From: Muribaculaceae bacterium
Lineage (GTDB): Bacteria > Bacteroidota > Bacteroidia > Bacteroidales > Muribaculaceae
Assembly (NCBI GenBank): GCA_017940245.1
Contig: JAGAYZ010000004.1
Span: 2,931-66,930 of the forward strand
Direction of reading: 5' to 3'
DNA: 64,000 bases
The notes below the pieces were generated by a model. That model had not been told where the DNA came from. It saw nothing but the letters and a program-made list of their open reading frames with translations, and searched no databases. How positions within the stretch are numbered: position 1 is the first letter of the stretch; each line of letters opens with the position of its first letter. The position numbers and the translations under genes are program-made. Below are positions 46,799 to 56,868 of the stretch, in pieces.

Positions 46799-48139
46799 TT
46801 AGAATTGGCGTGCGGCAGCCATGACTACCTCGGTGAGGGTGGGGTGGCCGTGGATGCTTGCGGCCAGCTGGTCGATGGTGGCATTGGCATTCATGGCCAT
46901 GACCACCTCCTGGATGAGGTCGGCAGCGTGTGCACCACAGATGTGGCATCCCACGATGAGGCGCGACTGGGCATCGACAATCATCTTGACCAGACCGTCG
47001 GTCTCACCCATCGACACGGCCTTGCCATTGCTGCGGAAGAAGGATTTCTTCACCACCACGTCCATGCCGCGCTCGGCACACTGATCTTCGGTGAGGCCTA
47101 CCATCGACAGCTCGGGCACGGTGAACACTGCGCTGGGCACGATGTCCAGACGCACGTGGCAGGGTTGTCCCATGATGTGGGCCAGAGCCACTTCGCCCTG
47201 TGCGCTGGCAGCATGGGCCAGCATGCACAAGCCGTTCACATCACCGATGGCATAAACGCCGTCGGCACTGGTGCGCATGTTTTCGTCCACCTCAATGCCA
47301 CGGCGACCCACCGTCACCCCGATGGCATCTAGTCCCTGCGGCAGAACCGGCTGGCGGCCTACCGACATGAGCACGCGTTCGGCGGTGGCACTCTGCTCCT
47401 TGCCCTTGGCATCGTAGGTCACGGTGAGCATGCCCTCGTCGCTGCGGGAAACAGCCTTGACGGCAGCCTGAGTGATGATTTTGATGCCGCGCTTGGAAAG
47501 CACGGTTTTGAGTCGCTTTGCAATGTCTTTGTCGAATAGTGGCAGGATTTCTTTGCAATATTCAATCACGGTGACTTCTACACCGAAACTTTGGAAGATG
47601 GCGGCAAACTCCATGCCAATGACTCCACCGCCTACGATGCACATGCTCTTGGGCAGGGTGTCCATAGCCAGCACGTCGTCGCTGGTCATGCACAGGTCGG
47701 CTCCCTCAATGGGCAGGCCGCGCGGAGCACTACCGGTGGCAATGACAATGTTGCGGGCTTCAAAGGTGTCGCCGTTCACTTCTATGGTGTGTGCGTCCTT
47801 GAAGCGTGCTTCGCCGTTAATGACGGTGATGCCGGGTTGGCCCATGAGCATGGCCACACCTTCGCGCAACTGGGTGACTACCTCGTTTTTGCGGGCAAAA
47901 GCCGTTGCATAGTCGATGGTTACATCTCCCGTGGTTACACCCCATTGGGTGGATTCCTTGATCAGGTTCACCACCTCGGCATTGCGGCACAATGCTTTGG
48001 TGGGAATGCAACCGCGGTTCAGGCACGTGCCACCCAAAAGGTTGCGTTCCACGATACCCACGGTGAGGCCTTTTGCTGCGGCCTCGGCAGCCATTTCATA
48101 TCCACCGGGGCCTGCACCTATTATAATTAGGTCAAACAT
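46799..48139 (-). CDS. lpdA: Dihydrolipoyl dehydrogenase
   Basis: GAGPGG, GGTCLNRGCIP, HGHPTLTE. Confidence 0.95.
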   Translation of the reverse strand: MFDLIIIGAGPGGYEMAAEAAAKGLTVGIVERNLLGGTCLNRGCIPTKALCRNAEVVNLIKESTQWGVTTGDVTIDYATAFARKNEVVTQLREGVAMLMGQPGITVINGEARFKDAHTIEVNGDTFEARNIVIATGSAPRGLPIEGADLCMTSDDVLAMDTLPKSMCIVGGGVIGMEFAAIFQSFGVEVTVIEYCKEILPLFDKDIAKRLKTVLSKRGIKIITQAAVKAVSRSDEGMLTVTYDAKGKEQSATAERVLMSVGRQPVLPQGLDAIGVTVGRRGIEVDENMRTSADGVYAIGDVNGLCMLAHAASAQGEVALAHIMGQPCHVRLDIVPSAVFTVPELSMVGLTEDQCAERGMDVVVKKSFFRSNGKAVSMGETDGLVKMIVDAQSRLIVGCHICGAHAADLIQEVVMAMNANATIDQLAASIHGHPTLTEVVMAAARQF

Positions 48140-48169
48140 AGTGTGTCTAATTTAGTAATGTTATATAAA

Positions 48170-48208
48170 CATCGGAGTTCTCTGAAGATTCTGAGAACTC
48201 CGACTTTT
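48170..48208. terminator. Hairpin between gcvPB and lpdA
   Basis: tcggagttctc...gagaactccga. Confidence 0.5.
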
Positions 48209-48222
48209 ACATGGACAAATTC

Positions 48223-49704
48223 TTACTCTTGAGTCGCCAGTTCACGATAGGTGATGATGGGCTTGAGGGCAGCCTGTGTGTCGTCGAGGCGGCGCACCGG
48301 TGTGCAGTGCGGTGCCGTCTTGACCATGTCGGGCTGCTCTTTGGCCTCCTGCGCAATCTTGCGCATCACCTCGATGAATGCATCAAGTGTTTCCTTGCTC
48401 TCGTTCTCGGTAGGCTCAATCATGAGGGCCTCGTGGAAGAGAAGCGGGAAATAGATGGTGGGAGCGTGGAAACCATAGTCGAGCAGGCGCTTGGCCACAT
48501 CGAGGGTGGTCACGCCGGTGCTCTTGTCCTTGAGGCCGTCGAACACAAACTCGTGCTTGCACACGCCGGTGAGGGGCAGCTCATAGCAGTCTTTGAGCGA
48601 CTCTTTCACGTAGTTGGCGTTGAGCGTGGCCAGCGGGCCTACGTTCTTCACGTGTTCGTGACCTAAGGTGAGGATGTAGGTGTAAGCGCGCATCACCACA
48701 GCGAAGTTGCCCAGGAAACCGCTGATGAATCCCAGCGACTGGTCGCCGTTTTCCACCGTGTAGTGGTGTCCTTCTTCTTCCTCGTGACGCACCACGCGGG
48801 GGCTAGGCAGGAACTGCTCCAGGCCTTCACGCACGCCCACGGGGCCACTGCCGGGTCCGCCGCCTCCGTGAGGAGTGGAGAACGTCTTGTGCAGGTTGAT
48901 GTGCATGATGTCGAATCCCAGGTCGCCCGGACGGCACACGCCCAGCATGGGGTTCAGGTTGGCACCATCGTAGTACATCAAGCCACCGCAATCGTGTACC
49001 AGTTTGGCGATTTCGGCAATGTTATGCTCGAAGATACCCAGTGTGTTGGGGTTGGTCATCATCATACCGGCAATGGTGTCGTCGAGCAGCGGGCGCAAGT
49101 CATCGACATCCACGGTGCCATCGGGACGGCTCTTGACCACCACCACATTCAGACCGCACACTGCGGCACTGGCGGGATTGGTTCCGTGTGCGCTGTCGGG
49201 CACAATCACCTTGGTGCGCTTGTTGTCGCCACGGCTGGCGTGGTAGCTGCGCATCACCATCAAGCCGGTGAGCTCGCCATGAGCACCGGCATAGGGGTTC
49301 AAGGTAAACTCTTTCAGACCCGAAAGCTCGGCCAGACTTTCCTGCAGGTTGTAGTATACCTCCAGAGCACCCTGCACGGTGTCCACGTCCTGCAACGGAT
49401 GCAGGCAGGTGAAATCGCGGTGGGCGGCCATGTCCTCGTTGATCTTGGGGTTGTACTTCATGGTACAAGAGCCCAGAGGATAGAAACCGGTATCCACGCC
49501 GAAGTTGTTGTTGCTCATGTTGGTGTAGTGACGCACCACGGTGAGCTCATCCACCTCGGGCAGAGCAGGAGCCTCACTGCGCATCAGCTGTGCAGGCAGG
49601 GTGTCCAGTTTGTAGTTATCTAACTCGTTCTTGGGAAGAGAATAGCCGCGGCGGCCTTCCTTCGACAACTCGAAAATGAGTTTTCCGTAATAAGTGTTGT
49701 TCAT
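48223..49704 (-). CDS. gcvPB: Glycine dehydrogenase subunit 2
   Basis: YPLGSCTMKYNP, HINLHKTFSTPHGGGGPG. Confidence 0.96.
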   Translation of the reverse strand: MNNTYYGKLIFELSKEGRRGYSLPKNELDNYKLDTLPAQLMRSEAPALPEVDELTVVRHYTNMSNNNFGVDTGFYPLGSCTMKYNPKINEDMAAHRDFTCLHPLQDVDTVQGALEVYYNLQESLAELSGLKEFTLNPYAGAHGELTGLMVMRSYHASRGDNKRTKVIVPDSAHGTNPASAAVCGLNVVVVKSRPDGTVDVDDLRPLLDDTIAGMMMTNPNTLGIFEHNIAEIAKLVHDCGGLMYYDGANLNPMLGVCRPGDLGFDIMHINLHKTFSTPHGGGGPGSGPVGVREGLEQFLPSPRVVRHEEEEGHHYTVENGDQSLGFISGFLGNFAVVMRAYTYILTLGHEHVKNVGPLATLNANYVKESLKDCYELPLTGVCKHEFVFDGLKDKSTGVTTLDVAKRLLDYGFHAPTIYFPLLFHEALMIEPTENESKETLDAFIEVMRKIAQEAKEQPDMVKTAPHCTPVRRLDDTQAALKPIITYRELATQE

Positions 49705-51044
49705 CAGTTCTCCTCCTCGATTAATTGTTTAACTTGATCGACCAGAGCGTCAATTTCGGCCTTGCTGCGTGCCTCGGTCACACACATCAGCAGGGTGTCG
49801 TCGGCAATCTTGAGACCGGCCTGGATGCCGGCGCACAGGCATTGCGACTGCACATCGTCAACGTCGAGCGTGGTCTTGATTGCAAACTCGTTGAGGAAAG
49901 GCTTGTCTGGGTAAGCCATCTCAAACTTGCCGGTAGCGCACAACTGCTCGGCCAGATAGTGGGCACCGCTGTAGCCCATCTCATTCACTTCGCGCAAGCC
50001 CTGCTTGCCCATGAGCGACATGTAGATGGTCACATACAGAGCCATCAGGCTCTCGTTGGAGCAGATGTTGCTGGTGGCTTTCTCGCGGCGGATGTGCTGC
50101 TCGCGAGCTTGCAGGGTGAGCACAAAGGTGCGTTTGCCGTCGGCATCGGTGGTGGCACCCACGATGCGGCCCGGCATCTTGCGGATGAGTTTCTTGCTGG
50201 TGCAAAGGAAACCTACGTAGGGACCGCCGAAGTTCATGGGAATACCCAGACTTTGGCCATCGCCCACAGCCACGTCGGCACCCCACTCGGCGGGTGTCTT
50301 GATTACACCCAGCGCGCTGGCCACGCAGTTCATAATCAGCAGTGCCTTGTGTTCGTGGCACAAGTCGGCCCATCCGGTGTAATCTTCCAGAATGCCATAG
50401 AAATTAGGCGTGGCTACGATAACGCCTGCCACATCGTCTTGGGCAATCTTTGCTTCAAAATCGGCACGACTGGTAACGCCATTCTCAGCAGCGATGCGCA
50501 CCACTTCCACGCCGTGGAACTTGGCATAGGTTTCCACCACGCGAATCACGATGGGGTTCACCGTGTCGCTGATGAGCACCTTGTTGCGCTTCTTGGCATT
50601 GGCCACGGCCATCATCATGGCTTCGGCCGTAGCGGTGCAACCGTCGTACATGGAAGCGTTGCTCACTTCCATGCCGGTGAGCTCGGCCATCATGCTCTGA
50701 TATTCAAAGATATACTGCAGTGTGCCTTGTGAAATCTCGGCTTGATAGGGTGTGTAGCTAGTGAGGAACTCACTGCGGCGCACCATGTCGTTGACCACCG
50801 CGGGTGAATAGTGGTCATAGCAGCCTGCACCCACAAAGCATGTGAGGGGCACGTTATAGCTGCCCAGGTCATCGAAGAAGCGGCGCACTTCCACCTCGCT
50901 CATGGCGTCGGGCAGTGCATATTCACGCTTGAAAACCAGCTCTTCGGGGATGTCCTTGTACAGGTCTTCCAGCTTCTGCTCGCCACAAGTGTTGAGCATG
51001 GAGCGGATGTCATCCTCGGTGTGCGGGAAAAATTTGAAATTCAT
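49704..51044 (-). CDS. gcvPA: Glycine dehydrogenase subunit 1
   Basis: YTPYQAEISQG, REQHIRREKATSNIC. Confidence 0.96.
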   Translation of the reverse strand: MNFKFFPHTEDDIRSMLNTCGEQKLEDLYKDIPEELVFKREYALPDAMSEVEVRRFFDDLGSYNVPLTCFVGAGCYDHYSPAVVNDMVRRSEFLTSYTPYQAEISQGTLQYIFEYQSMMAELTGMEVSNASMYDGCTATAEAMMMAVANAKKRNKVLISDTVNPIVIRVVETYAKFHGVEVVRIAAENGVTSRADFEAKIAQDDVAGVIVATPNFYGILEDYTGWADLCHEHKALLIMNCVASALGVIKTPAEWGADVAVGDGQSLGIPMNFGGPYVGFLCTSKKLIRKMPGRIVGATTDADGKRTFVLTLQAREQHIRREKATSNICSNESLMALYVTIYMSLMGKQGLREVNEMGYSGAHYLAEQLCATGKFEMAYPDKPFLNEFAIKTTLDVDDVQSQCLCAGIQAGLKIADDTLLMCVTEARSKAEIDALVDQVKQLIEEEN

Positions 51045-51140
51045 TACTCTAAATTAAATGGTGATAAGTTTTGAAACAAGTGAGGATGTGTCTTCACCGT
51101 TTTACGGGCAACACAACCTCACTTTCATGATTCTTTGTGA

Positions 51141-51521
51141 TTACTCGCCAATCATAGCTTTGTAGGCGGCAGCATCCATCAAGCCTTCCAGCTCGCTCTT
51201 GTCGCTGAGTTGCACCTTGATGATCCAGTTCTCGAAAGCATCCTTGTTGATCAGGCCGGGCTCATCCTCGAGGGCCTCGTTGACCTCGACAACAGTGCCG
51301 CTCACGGGCGAAACCAGGTCGCTGGCAGCTTTCACGCTCTCCACAGCACCAAACTCTTCGCCGGCGGTCACTTCGTCGTCAACCTCGGGCATGTCGACGT
51401 AAACCACGTTGCCCAGCTCGTGCTGTGCATAGTCGGTGATGCCGATATAACCAAACTCGCCTTCAACTTTCACGTACTCATGCGACTCGCTATAGCAGAG
51501 TCCTTCGATAATTTTACTCAT
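51141..51521 (-). CDS. gcvH: Glycine cleavage H protein
   Basis: GITDYAQ, VESVKAAS (lipoyl-Lys). Confidence 0.96.
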   Translation of the reverse strand: MSKIIEGLCYSESHEYVKVEGEFGYIGITDYAQHELGNVVYVDMPEVDDEVTAGEEFGAVESVKAASDLVSPVSGTVVEVNEALEDEPGLINKDAFENWIIKVQLSDKSELEGLMDAAAYKAMIGE

Positions 51522-51557
51522 TAGTTTTTAATATTAAGTTGTTAATGTGATTGATTC

Positions 51558-52655
51558 TTATTTCTTGTAGTTGGGAGTGTAGAAGCGTTTTTTGACCACG
51601 GTTGCGGGGAACACTTTCTTGCGGATGCGCACGCTCAGTTCATTGCCCAGAGCGCCCACCGCGCGGTCGACCAATGCAAATGCCAGGCTCTTGTCTACCG
51701 AGATGCCGCGATAGCCGGTGGTGATGTAACCCACCACATTCTCGCCGTCGAGCACTTCGTAGCCGTGACGGGGAATGGCTTTGTCTTTCAGTTCCAGACC
51801 CACCAATTTCTTGGCGCTGCCTTCGGCCTTCTGCTGTGCGCAGGCATCGCGACCGATGAAGCCGCCTTCCTTGTCGAGCTTGCAGAACATGCCCAGTGTG
51901 GCCATGATGGGAGAAATCTCGGCGGTGAGTTCGTCGCCGTACAGGGGCAGGCCGGCCTCAAAGCGCAGCGTGTCGCGGCAACCCAGGCCGCAAGGCTGTA
52001 CGCCGGCAGCCATGAGCATGTCCCACATCTTGACAATGATGGCAGGCGTAGCGTAGACCTCAAAACCGTCTTCGCCGGTGTAGCCGGTGCGGCTCACGAT
52101 GATTTCCTCGCCGTCGTAGTTCACTAGTTTGAAGGTGTAGAACGTGAGGTCGCTGCAGTCGATGCCAAACACGTCCTTCATCGTCTTTTCGCCGGCAGGA
52201 CCCTGGATGGCCAGCTGAGCGTAGTGGTCGCTCTGATTGTCAACGTTGACGTTGAACTGCTGAGCCTGCTCTTTGATCCATGCTACATCCTTGTCGATGT
52301 TGGCGGCGTTGATGACAAGGAATAAATCGTTCTCGCCCATCTTATAGACCAACAAGTCGTCGACGGTGCCTCCGTCTGGGTAAAGCATCATTCCGTAGAA
52401 CACCTTGCCCACGGGTGCACCAGCGATGTCGTTGGTGAAAATGTAATTGACAAATTTTTCGGCCTCGGCACCGGTGATGTGCACCTCGCCCATGTGCGAC
52501 ACATCGAACACGCCCACGTTATGGCGCACAGCGTTGTGCTCGGTGGTAATGTCACAGTACTGAATGGGCATATCGAAGCCCGCAAAAGGAGTCATCAGTG
52601 CTCCTTGAGCCACATGCTTGTCGTGCAGACAAGTTACTTTAATCTCTTCTGCCAT
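51558..52655 (-). CDS. gcvT: Glycine cleavage aminomethyltransferase T
   Basis: FDVSHMG, SRTGYTGEDGFE, RDTLRFEAG. Confidence 0.96.
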   Translation of the reverse strand: MAEEIKVTCLHDKHVAQGALMTPFAGFDMPIQYCDITTEHNAVRHNVGVFDVSHMGEVHITGAEAEKFVNYIFTNDIAGAPVGKVFYGMMLYPDGGTVDDLLVYKMGENDLFLVINAANIDKDVAWIKEQAQQFNVNVDNQSDHYAQLAIQGPAGEKTMKDVFGIDCSDLTFYTFKLVNYDGEEIIVSRTGYTGEDGFEVYATPAIIVKMWDMLMAAGVQPCGLGCRDTLRFEAGLPLYGDELTAEISPIMATLGMFCKLDKEGGFIGRDACAQQKAEGSAKKLVGLELKDKAIPRHGYEVLDGENVVGYITTGYRGISVDKSLAFALVDRAVGALGNELSVRIRKKVFPATVVKKRFYTPNYKK

Positions 52656-52661
52656 TAGAAG

Positions 52662-53648
52662 TTAATTGGTTAAAAGGTTAATAAAATCATAAATGTTCAA
52701 GTTCATGATGATGCTGGGCAAATCCACGTCGTGCAGTACCTGGAGGAGAGCCTCCCGGGTAAAGTTGCAACCGGTGAGAGGGGCTATGAGTCCCTTGTCG
52801 ATGTCGCCGAGCAAGAAGAAGTCGCCTGCAATGTTGATGTGCTGAATCACGTTTCGGTTCAGCTCGATGCTCACGCGCAATTCGCCCACGCCCTCGATGC
52901 GTCCCTGTACCATCATGTTGCATCGGGGATTGTTGCCCAAGATGAACTCCTGGGTGAGGTAGCCCTGCATGATGTCTTCGATGCGTTGCACGTCGGCATC
53001 GGTGAGCTGGATGTCGCCATCGCACAGCGTGGCGCGCATGTGCGACTTGAAGTCGTCGAGACTGATGTCGCTGTGCCGCTTGATGGTGGTGATGCGGCTG
53101 TGCACGCTAGACACGCCCTTCGACTCAAGTTTGGATTTCGATGGTGTGATGGCGTGTACGATGTGAGTCATGTCGCTGTCATAGAGCATGGTGCCATGCA
53201 CGATGCTACGACCGGGCAAGTGGTAGAATGCGTTACCGCTCACCTTGGCATCGCCGATGAGGATGTCGTTGCGACCGCTGGCATGGGCATCAAGTCCCAG
53301 GGCGCGAAGCGCTTTGACCACGGCTTGAGTGTAGCGGGAGTAGGTGAGTTGTACATTATCGCTGCGGGTGATGTAGCTGAACATGATATTGCTCATGTCA
53401 GCAAACACACAGCCGCCGCCACTCTTGCGACGGTAGTACCTGATGTTGTGCTCGCGGCAATAGGGGAGGTTCACTTCGCTATCGATGAGCTGGTTGCGCC
53501 CGAAGATGACGGTAGGCTCCACCTGCCACATGAAGAAGATGTCATCGTCTTGCATAATGGCAGCGGCATGCTCCTCCATGGCCAAATAGAAAGGCAGGAT
53601 GCGGGGCACGTCGCAGGCGACCGAAGCAGGCAAACACAGGTACTTCAT
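52662..53648 (-). CDS. lplA: Lipoate-protein ligase A
   Basis: GRNQ, RRKSGGGCVF, KVSGNA, HGTMLY. Confidence 0.92.
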   Translation of the reverse strand: MKYLCLPASVACDVPRILPFYLAMEEHAAAIMQDDDIFFMWQVEPTVIFGRNQLIDSEVNLPYCREHNIRYYRRKSGGGCVFADMSNIMFSYITRSDNVQLTYSRYTQAVVKALRALGLDAHASGRNDILIGDAKVSGNAFYHLPGRSIVHGTMLYDSDMTHIVHAITPSKSKLESKGVSSVHSRITTIKRHSDISLDDFKSHMRATLCDGDIQLTDADVQRIEDIMQGYLTQEFILGNNPRCNMMVQGRIEGVGELRVSIELNRNVIQHINIAGDFFLLGDIDKGLIAPLTGCNFTREALLQVLHDVDLPSIIMNLNIYDFINLLTN

Positions 53649-53780
53649 TGTAGGTAAAAAACTCCGTAAAAAGTGCTTGTTCAAATGAACGTCCAAAGTT
53701 ACAACAAATTTCTGAACCCACAATGCAAAACAGTCCGAAAAAGAATGCCTCGCGGGGAAGTGCGAGGCAAAATGGAGTGT

Positions 53781-54698
53781 TTAGGGGTGCATCAAGTTGA
53801 TAACGGCTTGTGTGAATTGTTGCGCTGGCATGTCCCACGCTAGCCAGTGGATGGGCGTACCGCGGCGTTCCATGCCTCGGAACCATGTCATCTGTCGCTT
53901 GGCAAATTGGTGGATGGCTATCTCCAGTTGGTCGTGCATCTCTTGGTAGGAGAGTTGGCCTATTACGTGGCGTGTGATGAATTTATATTCAAGTCCGTAA
54001 TAGATCAAGTCATCGGGAGCAACCCCCTCATCGATGAGACGACGCACCTCGTCGACCATGCCCGATGCCAGACGTGCGTCAAGGCGCTGGCTGATGCGCC
54101 GACGCCGGCTTTCGCGGTCGATCATCACACCCACGACCACAGCATCGGTCAAGGGGTGTGGCTCGGTAAGTGCTTTGAGGTGAGGGTTCTCGTGGTAATA
54201 AGATGCAATTTCTATGGCGCGAATGGCACGCGCCGGTGTGTCGATGTCGCTGTTGTTGCGCAGTGTTTTCATCGTTGACAGCATAGCTGCCAGTTCTTCT
54301 AGCGGTTTGTCGCGAAGTCGGTCGCGCAGGGGTTGATTTTCTGGAACGGGTGGCAACTGAATGCCCTTGATGACACTTTCTACATAGAGGCCGGTTCCGC
54401 CACACATGATGGGCTGGCGCCCGCGTTGGCAGATGTCGTCGTAAACCACCTGGAAATCGCGTAAATATTCAAATAAATTGTATTTATATCCCGCCGGACA
54501 GATGTCAATCAAGTGGTAGGGTACATCGCCATATTCGTCAAGATCTTTGCCTGTGCCCAGGTCCATGCCTCGATAGAGCTGTCGGGAGTCGGCACTGATG
54601 ATTTCGCCATCGAGGGCGTGTGCCAGCTCCACGGCACGGGCAGTCTTGCCCGAGGCCGTGGGACCGGTAATGACTAAGAGTGGAAAGTGGCGACTCAT
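53781..54698 (-). CDS. miaA: tRNA dimethylallyltransferase
   Basis: TGPTASGKT, IISADSRQ, GGTGLY, FAKRQMTWFR. Confidence 0.93.
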   Translation of the reverse strand: MSRHFPLLVITGPTASGKTARAVELAHALDGEIISADSRQLYRGMDLGTGKDLDEYGDVPYHLIDICPAGYKYNLFEYLRDFQVVYDDICQRGRQPIMCGGTGLYVESVIKGIQLPPVPENQPLRDRLRDKPLEELAAMLSTMKTLRNNSDIDTPARAIRAIEIASYYHENPHLKALTEPHPLTDAVVVGVMIDRESRRRRISQRLDARLASGMVDEVRRLIDEGVAPDDLIYYGLEYKFITRHVIGQLSYQEMHDQLEIAIHQFAKRQMTWFRGMERRGTPIHWLAWDMPAQQFTQAVINLMHP

Positions 54699-56851
54699 TT
54701 GAGTTTGCGGTTGAAGAAGTCCAGAACACGCTGATAGAGCGGTTCCCGCACCCCGCAACCGTTGATAGAGTGGTTCATGTTGGGGTAAACCATCATCTCG
54801 AATTGCGATTTCTGGCCATGCAGTTTGGCAATGTACTGCATGGCATTGATAATGTGTACGTTGTCGTCGGCGCTGCCGAACATGATGAGCAGGTCGCCCT
54901 TGAGATTGTCCATGCGGTTGAGTGGCGCGCTTTTCTCATATCCCTCGGCATTCTCTTGAGGCGTGCGCATGAAGCGCTCGGCATAGATGGTGTCGTAGAA
55001 TCGCCAACTGGTGACCGGTGCGATAGAAACGCCGGCGGCAAATGGGTGATCCGGTTCGGATAGGGCCATGAGCGTCATGTAGCCGCCATAGCTCCATCCC
55101 CAGATGCCTATGTGGTCGGCATCCACCCAGGGCTGGCTGGCCATATATCGGGCTGCGGCCACCTGGTCGATGGTCTCGTAGTGCCCAAGATTCTGATATG
55201 TGACACTTTCAAACTCCTTGCCGCGTCCGCCGGTGCCGCGACCGTCGAAGCAACCAATCACGAAACCCTGCATGGCGAAGTAGGTTTCCCAATCAACCTT
55301 CCAGTTGTTGAGCACTTGCTGCGAGCCTGGGCCGCTGTATTGCGACATGATGACGGGATATTTCTTGGTCGGGTCAAAGTCAGCCGGCTTGATAATGTAG
55401 CCGTTGATGGTGTAGCCATCATTTTCAAAGGTGACAAATTCACGTTGTGGCACATCGGAAGCCGTGTATCGGGCGGCATATTCTTCGTTGAGTTCCAGGG
55501 AGCGCATGGTTTTCTGGTCGGCGGTGCGCACGATGCGGTATTGCGTGGGTGTGGAGGCATTGCTGAACACATGGATATAGTAGCTGAAATCGCTGCTGAA
55601 CCGAGCCGAATTGGTGCCTTCTTTCACAGCCACGTCGGTGATGGTGCCTTTTGCGTCGGCACACTTGACTACGCGGTTGAGCGGTCCTTGAGTACACTGG
55701 TAGAAGTACTTGTCGCGCTTGCTGTCGTAGCCGTAATAGGCTGTTACGGGCTGTGTGCCCGAAGTGAGCTGCAGAAGTTGGGCGCCGGTGTCTATATCGT
55801 ACTTATACAGTTGGGCATATCCACTGCGCTCACTGGGGATGACCATGAAACGGTCGGTGTAGGTAACCGAGCGGGCAAGTTCACTGTCGATCCATGTTGA
55901 CGAGGTGTCGTGATAAATAGACTTGAGTGAGCCGTCGGCCGGATTCATGCGATAGATGCGCAAGTCGTTCTGTGTGCGGTTCAGAGTCATTATCATCAAC
56001 GCGTCGTTGCGGGCGAAGGCCAGATGGGGAATGTAGTCATATTGCTCGTTGAGCGTTTTGGCTGTTCCGGTGGCCACATCACAGGTCACAACGTTCACGA
56101 TCGAGTTTTTCTCACCAGCTACGGGGTATTTGTAATCGTAACTGCCGGGGTAGAGCGCATAGTCGGCATTGGCCTTGCAATCGCCTTCATACATGGTCAT
56201 TGAGTACATGGGTACTTCACTCTCGTCAAATTTGATAAAAGCGAGTGTGTGACTATCGGGCGACCAAGTGAACGAATTGAGTATGCCGAATTCTTCCTGA
56301 TAAACCCAGTCGGGAACGGCATAAATGATGCTGTTTTTCTTGCCGTCGTGGGTGATTTGGTTGGTGCTGCCGCTAGCCAAGTCCATCACGTAGACATTAT
56401 TCTCTTTTACGTAAGCCACCTTGTTGCCGTCGGGCGATAGAGTGGCAATTTCCTCACCGCCGTCGTTGGTGAGTTTGGTGAGCGACCCGCTCTTGCGATC
56501 CAGCACATAGTAGTGTGCTTTGAACGAATAGCGGTAGATGGGTTCACTGGCGGTCCACAGCAGGATTCGGTTCTCGTCGCGGCTCATTTCATAACCGTCC
56601 CAGTGGTCTACGTTGCACGAAGTGAGTTGACCGGAGCGCAGCACGGCCTTGCTGGCCGAGGCCGATTTGTAGCTGACCAGATCTATGTTAAGTCCATCGT
56701 CGCTGATTTGGTAATAATGAGTGCCGCTGGCTGCGGGCTGCACTGCGCCGATGCCTGCGGGTCGAGCTTGGGAGAGTACAAAATCGCCCAGTTCCCATGC
56801 GGCTGCGTTTACCGCCATGCAGGCGGCCAGTATCATCAATGCTTGTTTCAT
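54695..56851 (-). CDS. Dipeptidyl peptidase IV (S9B)
   Basis: DWVYQEE, GWSYGG, DDNVH, NH. Confidence 0.93.
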   Translation of the reverse strand: MKQALMILAACMAVNAAAWELGDFVLSQARPAGIGAVQPAASGTHYYQISDDGLNIDLVSYKSASASKAVLRSGQLTSCNVDHWDGYEMSRDENRILLWTASEPIYRYSFKAHYYVLDRKSGSLTKLTNDGGEEIATLSPDGNKVAYVKENNVYVMDLASGSTNQITHDGKKNSIIYAVPDWVYQEEFGILNSFTWSPDSHTLAFIKFDESEVPMYSMTMYEGDCKANADYALYPGSYDYKYPVAGEKNSIVNVVTCDVATGTAKTLNEQYDYIPHLAFARNDALMIMTLNRTQNDLRIYRMNPADGSLKSIYHDTSSTWIDSELARSVTYTDRFMVIPSERSGYAQLYKYDIDTGAQLLQLTSGTQPVTAYYGYDSKRDKYFYQCTQGPLNRVVKCADAKGTITDVAVKEGTNSARFSSDFSYYIHVFSNASTPTQYRIVRTADQKTMRSLELNEEYAARYTASDVPQREFVTFENDGYTINGYIIKPADFDPTKKYPVIMSQYSGPGSQQVLNNWKVDWETYFAMQGFVIGCFDGRGTGGRGKEFESVTYQNLGHYETIDQVAAARYMASQPWVDADHIGIWGWSYGGYMTLMALSEPDHPFAAGVSIAPVTSWRFYDTIYAERFMRTPQENAEGYEKSAPLNRMDNLKGDLLIMFGSADDNVHIINAMQYIAKLHGQKSQFEMMVYPNMNHSINGCGVREPLYQRVLDFFNRKLK

Positions 56852-56868
56852 ATTAGTTAATGAGTTAA

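Noticed and set aside
52656-53780. Glycine riboswitch upstream of the gcv genes
   Set aside because: The intergenic gaps are short and no aptamer motif is visible.
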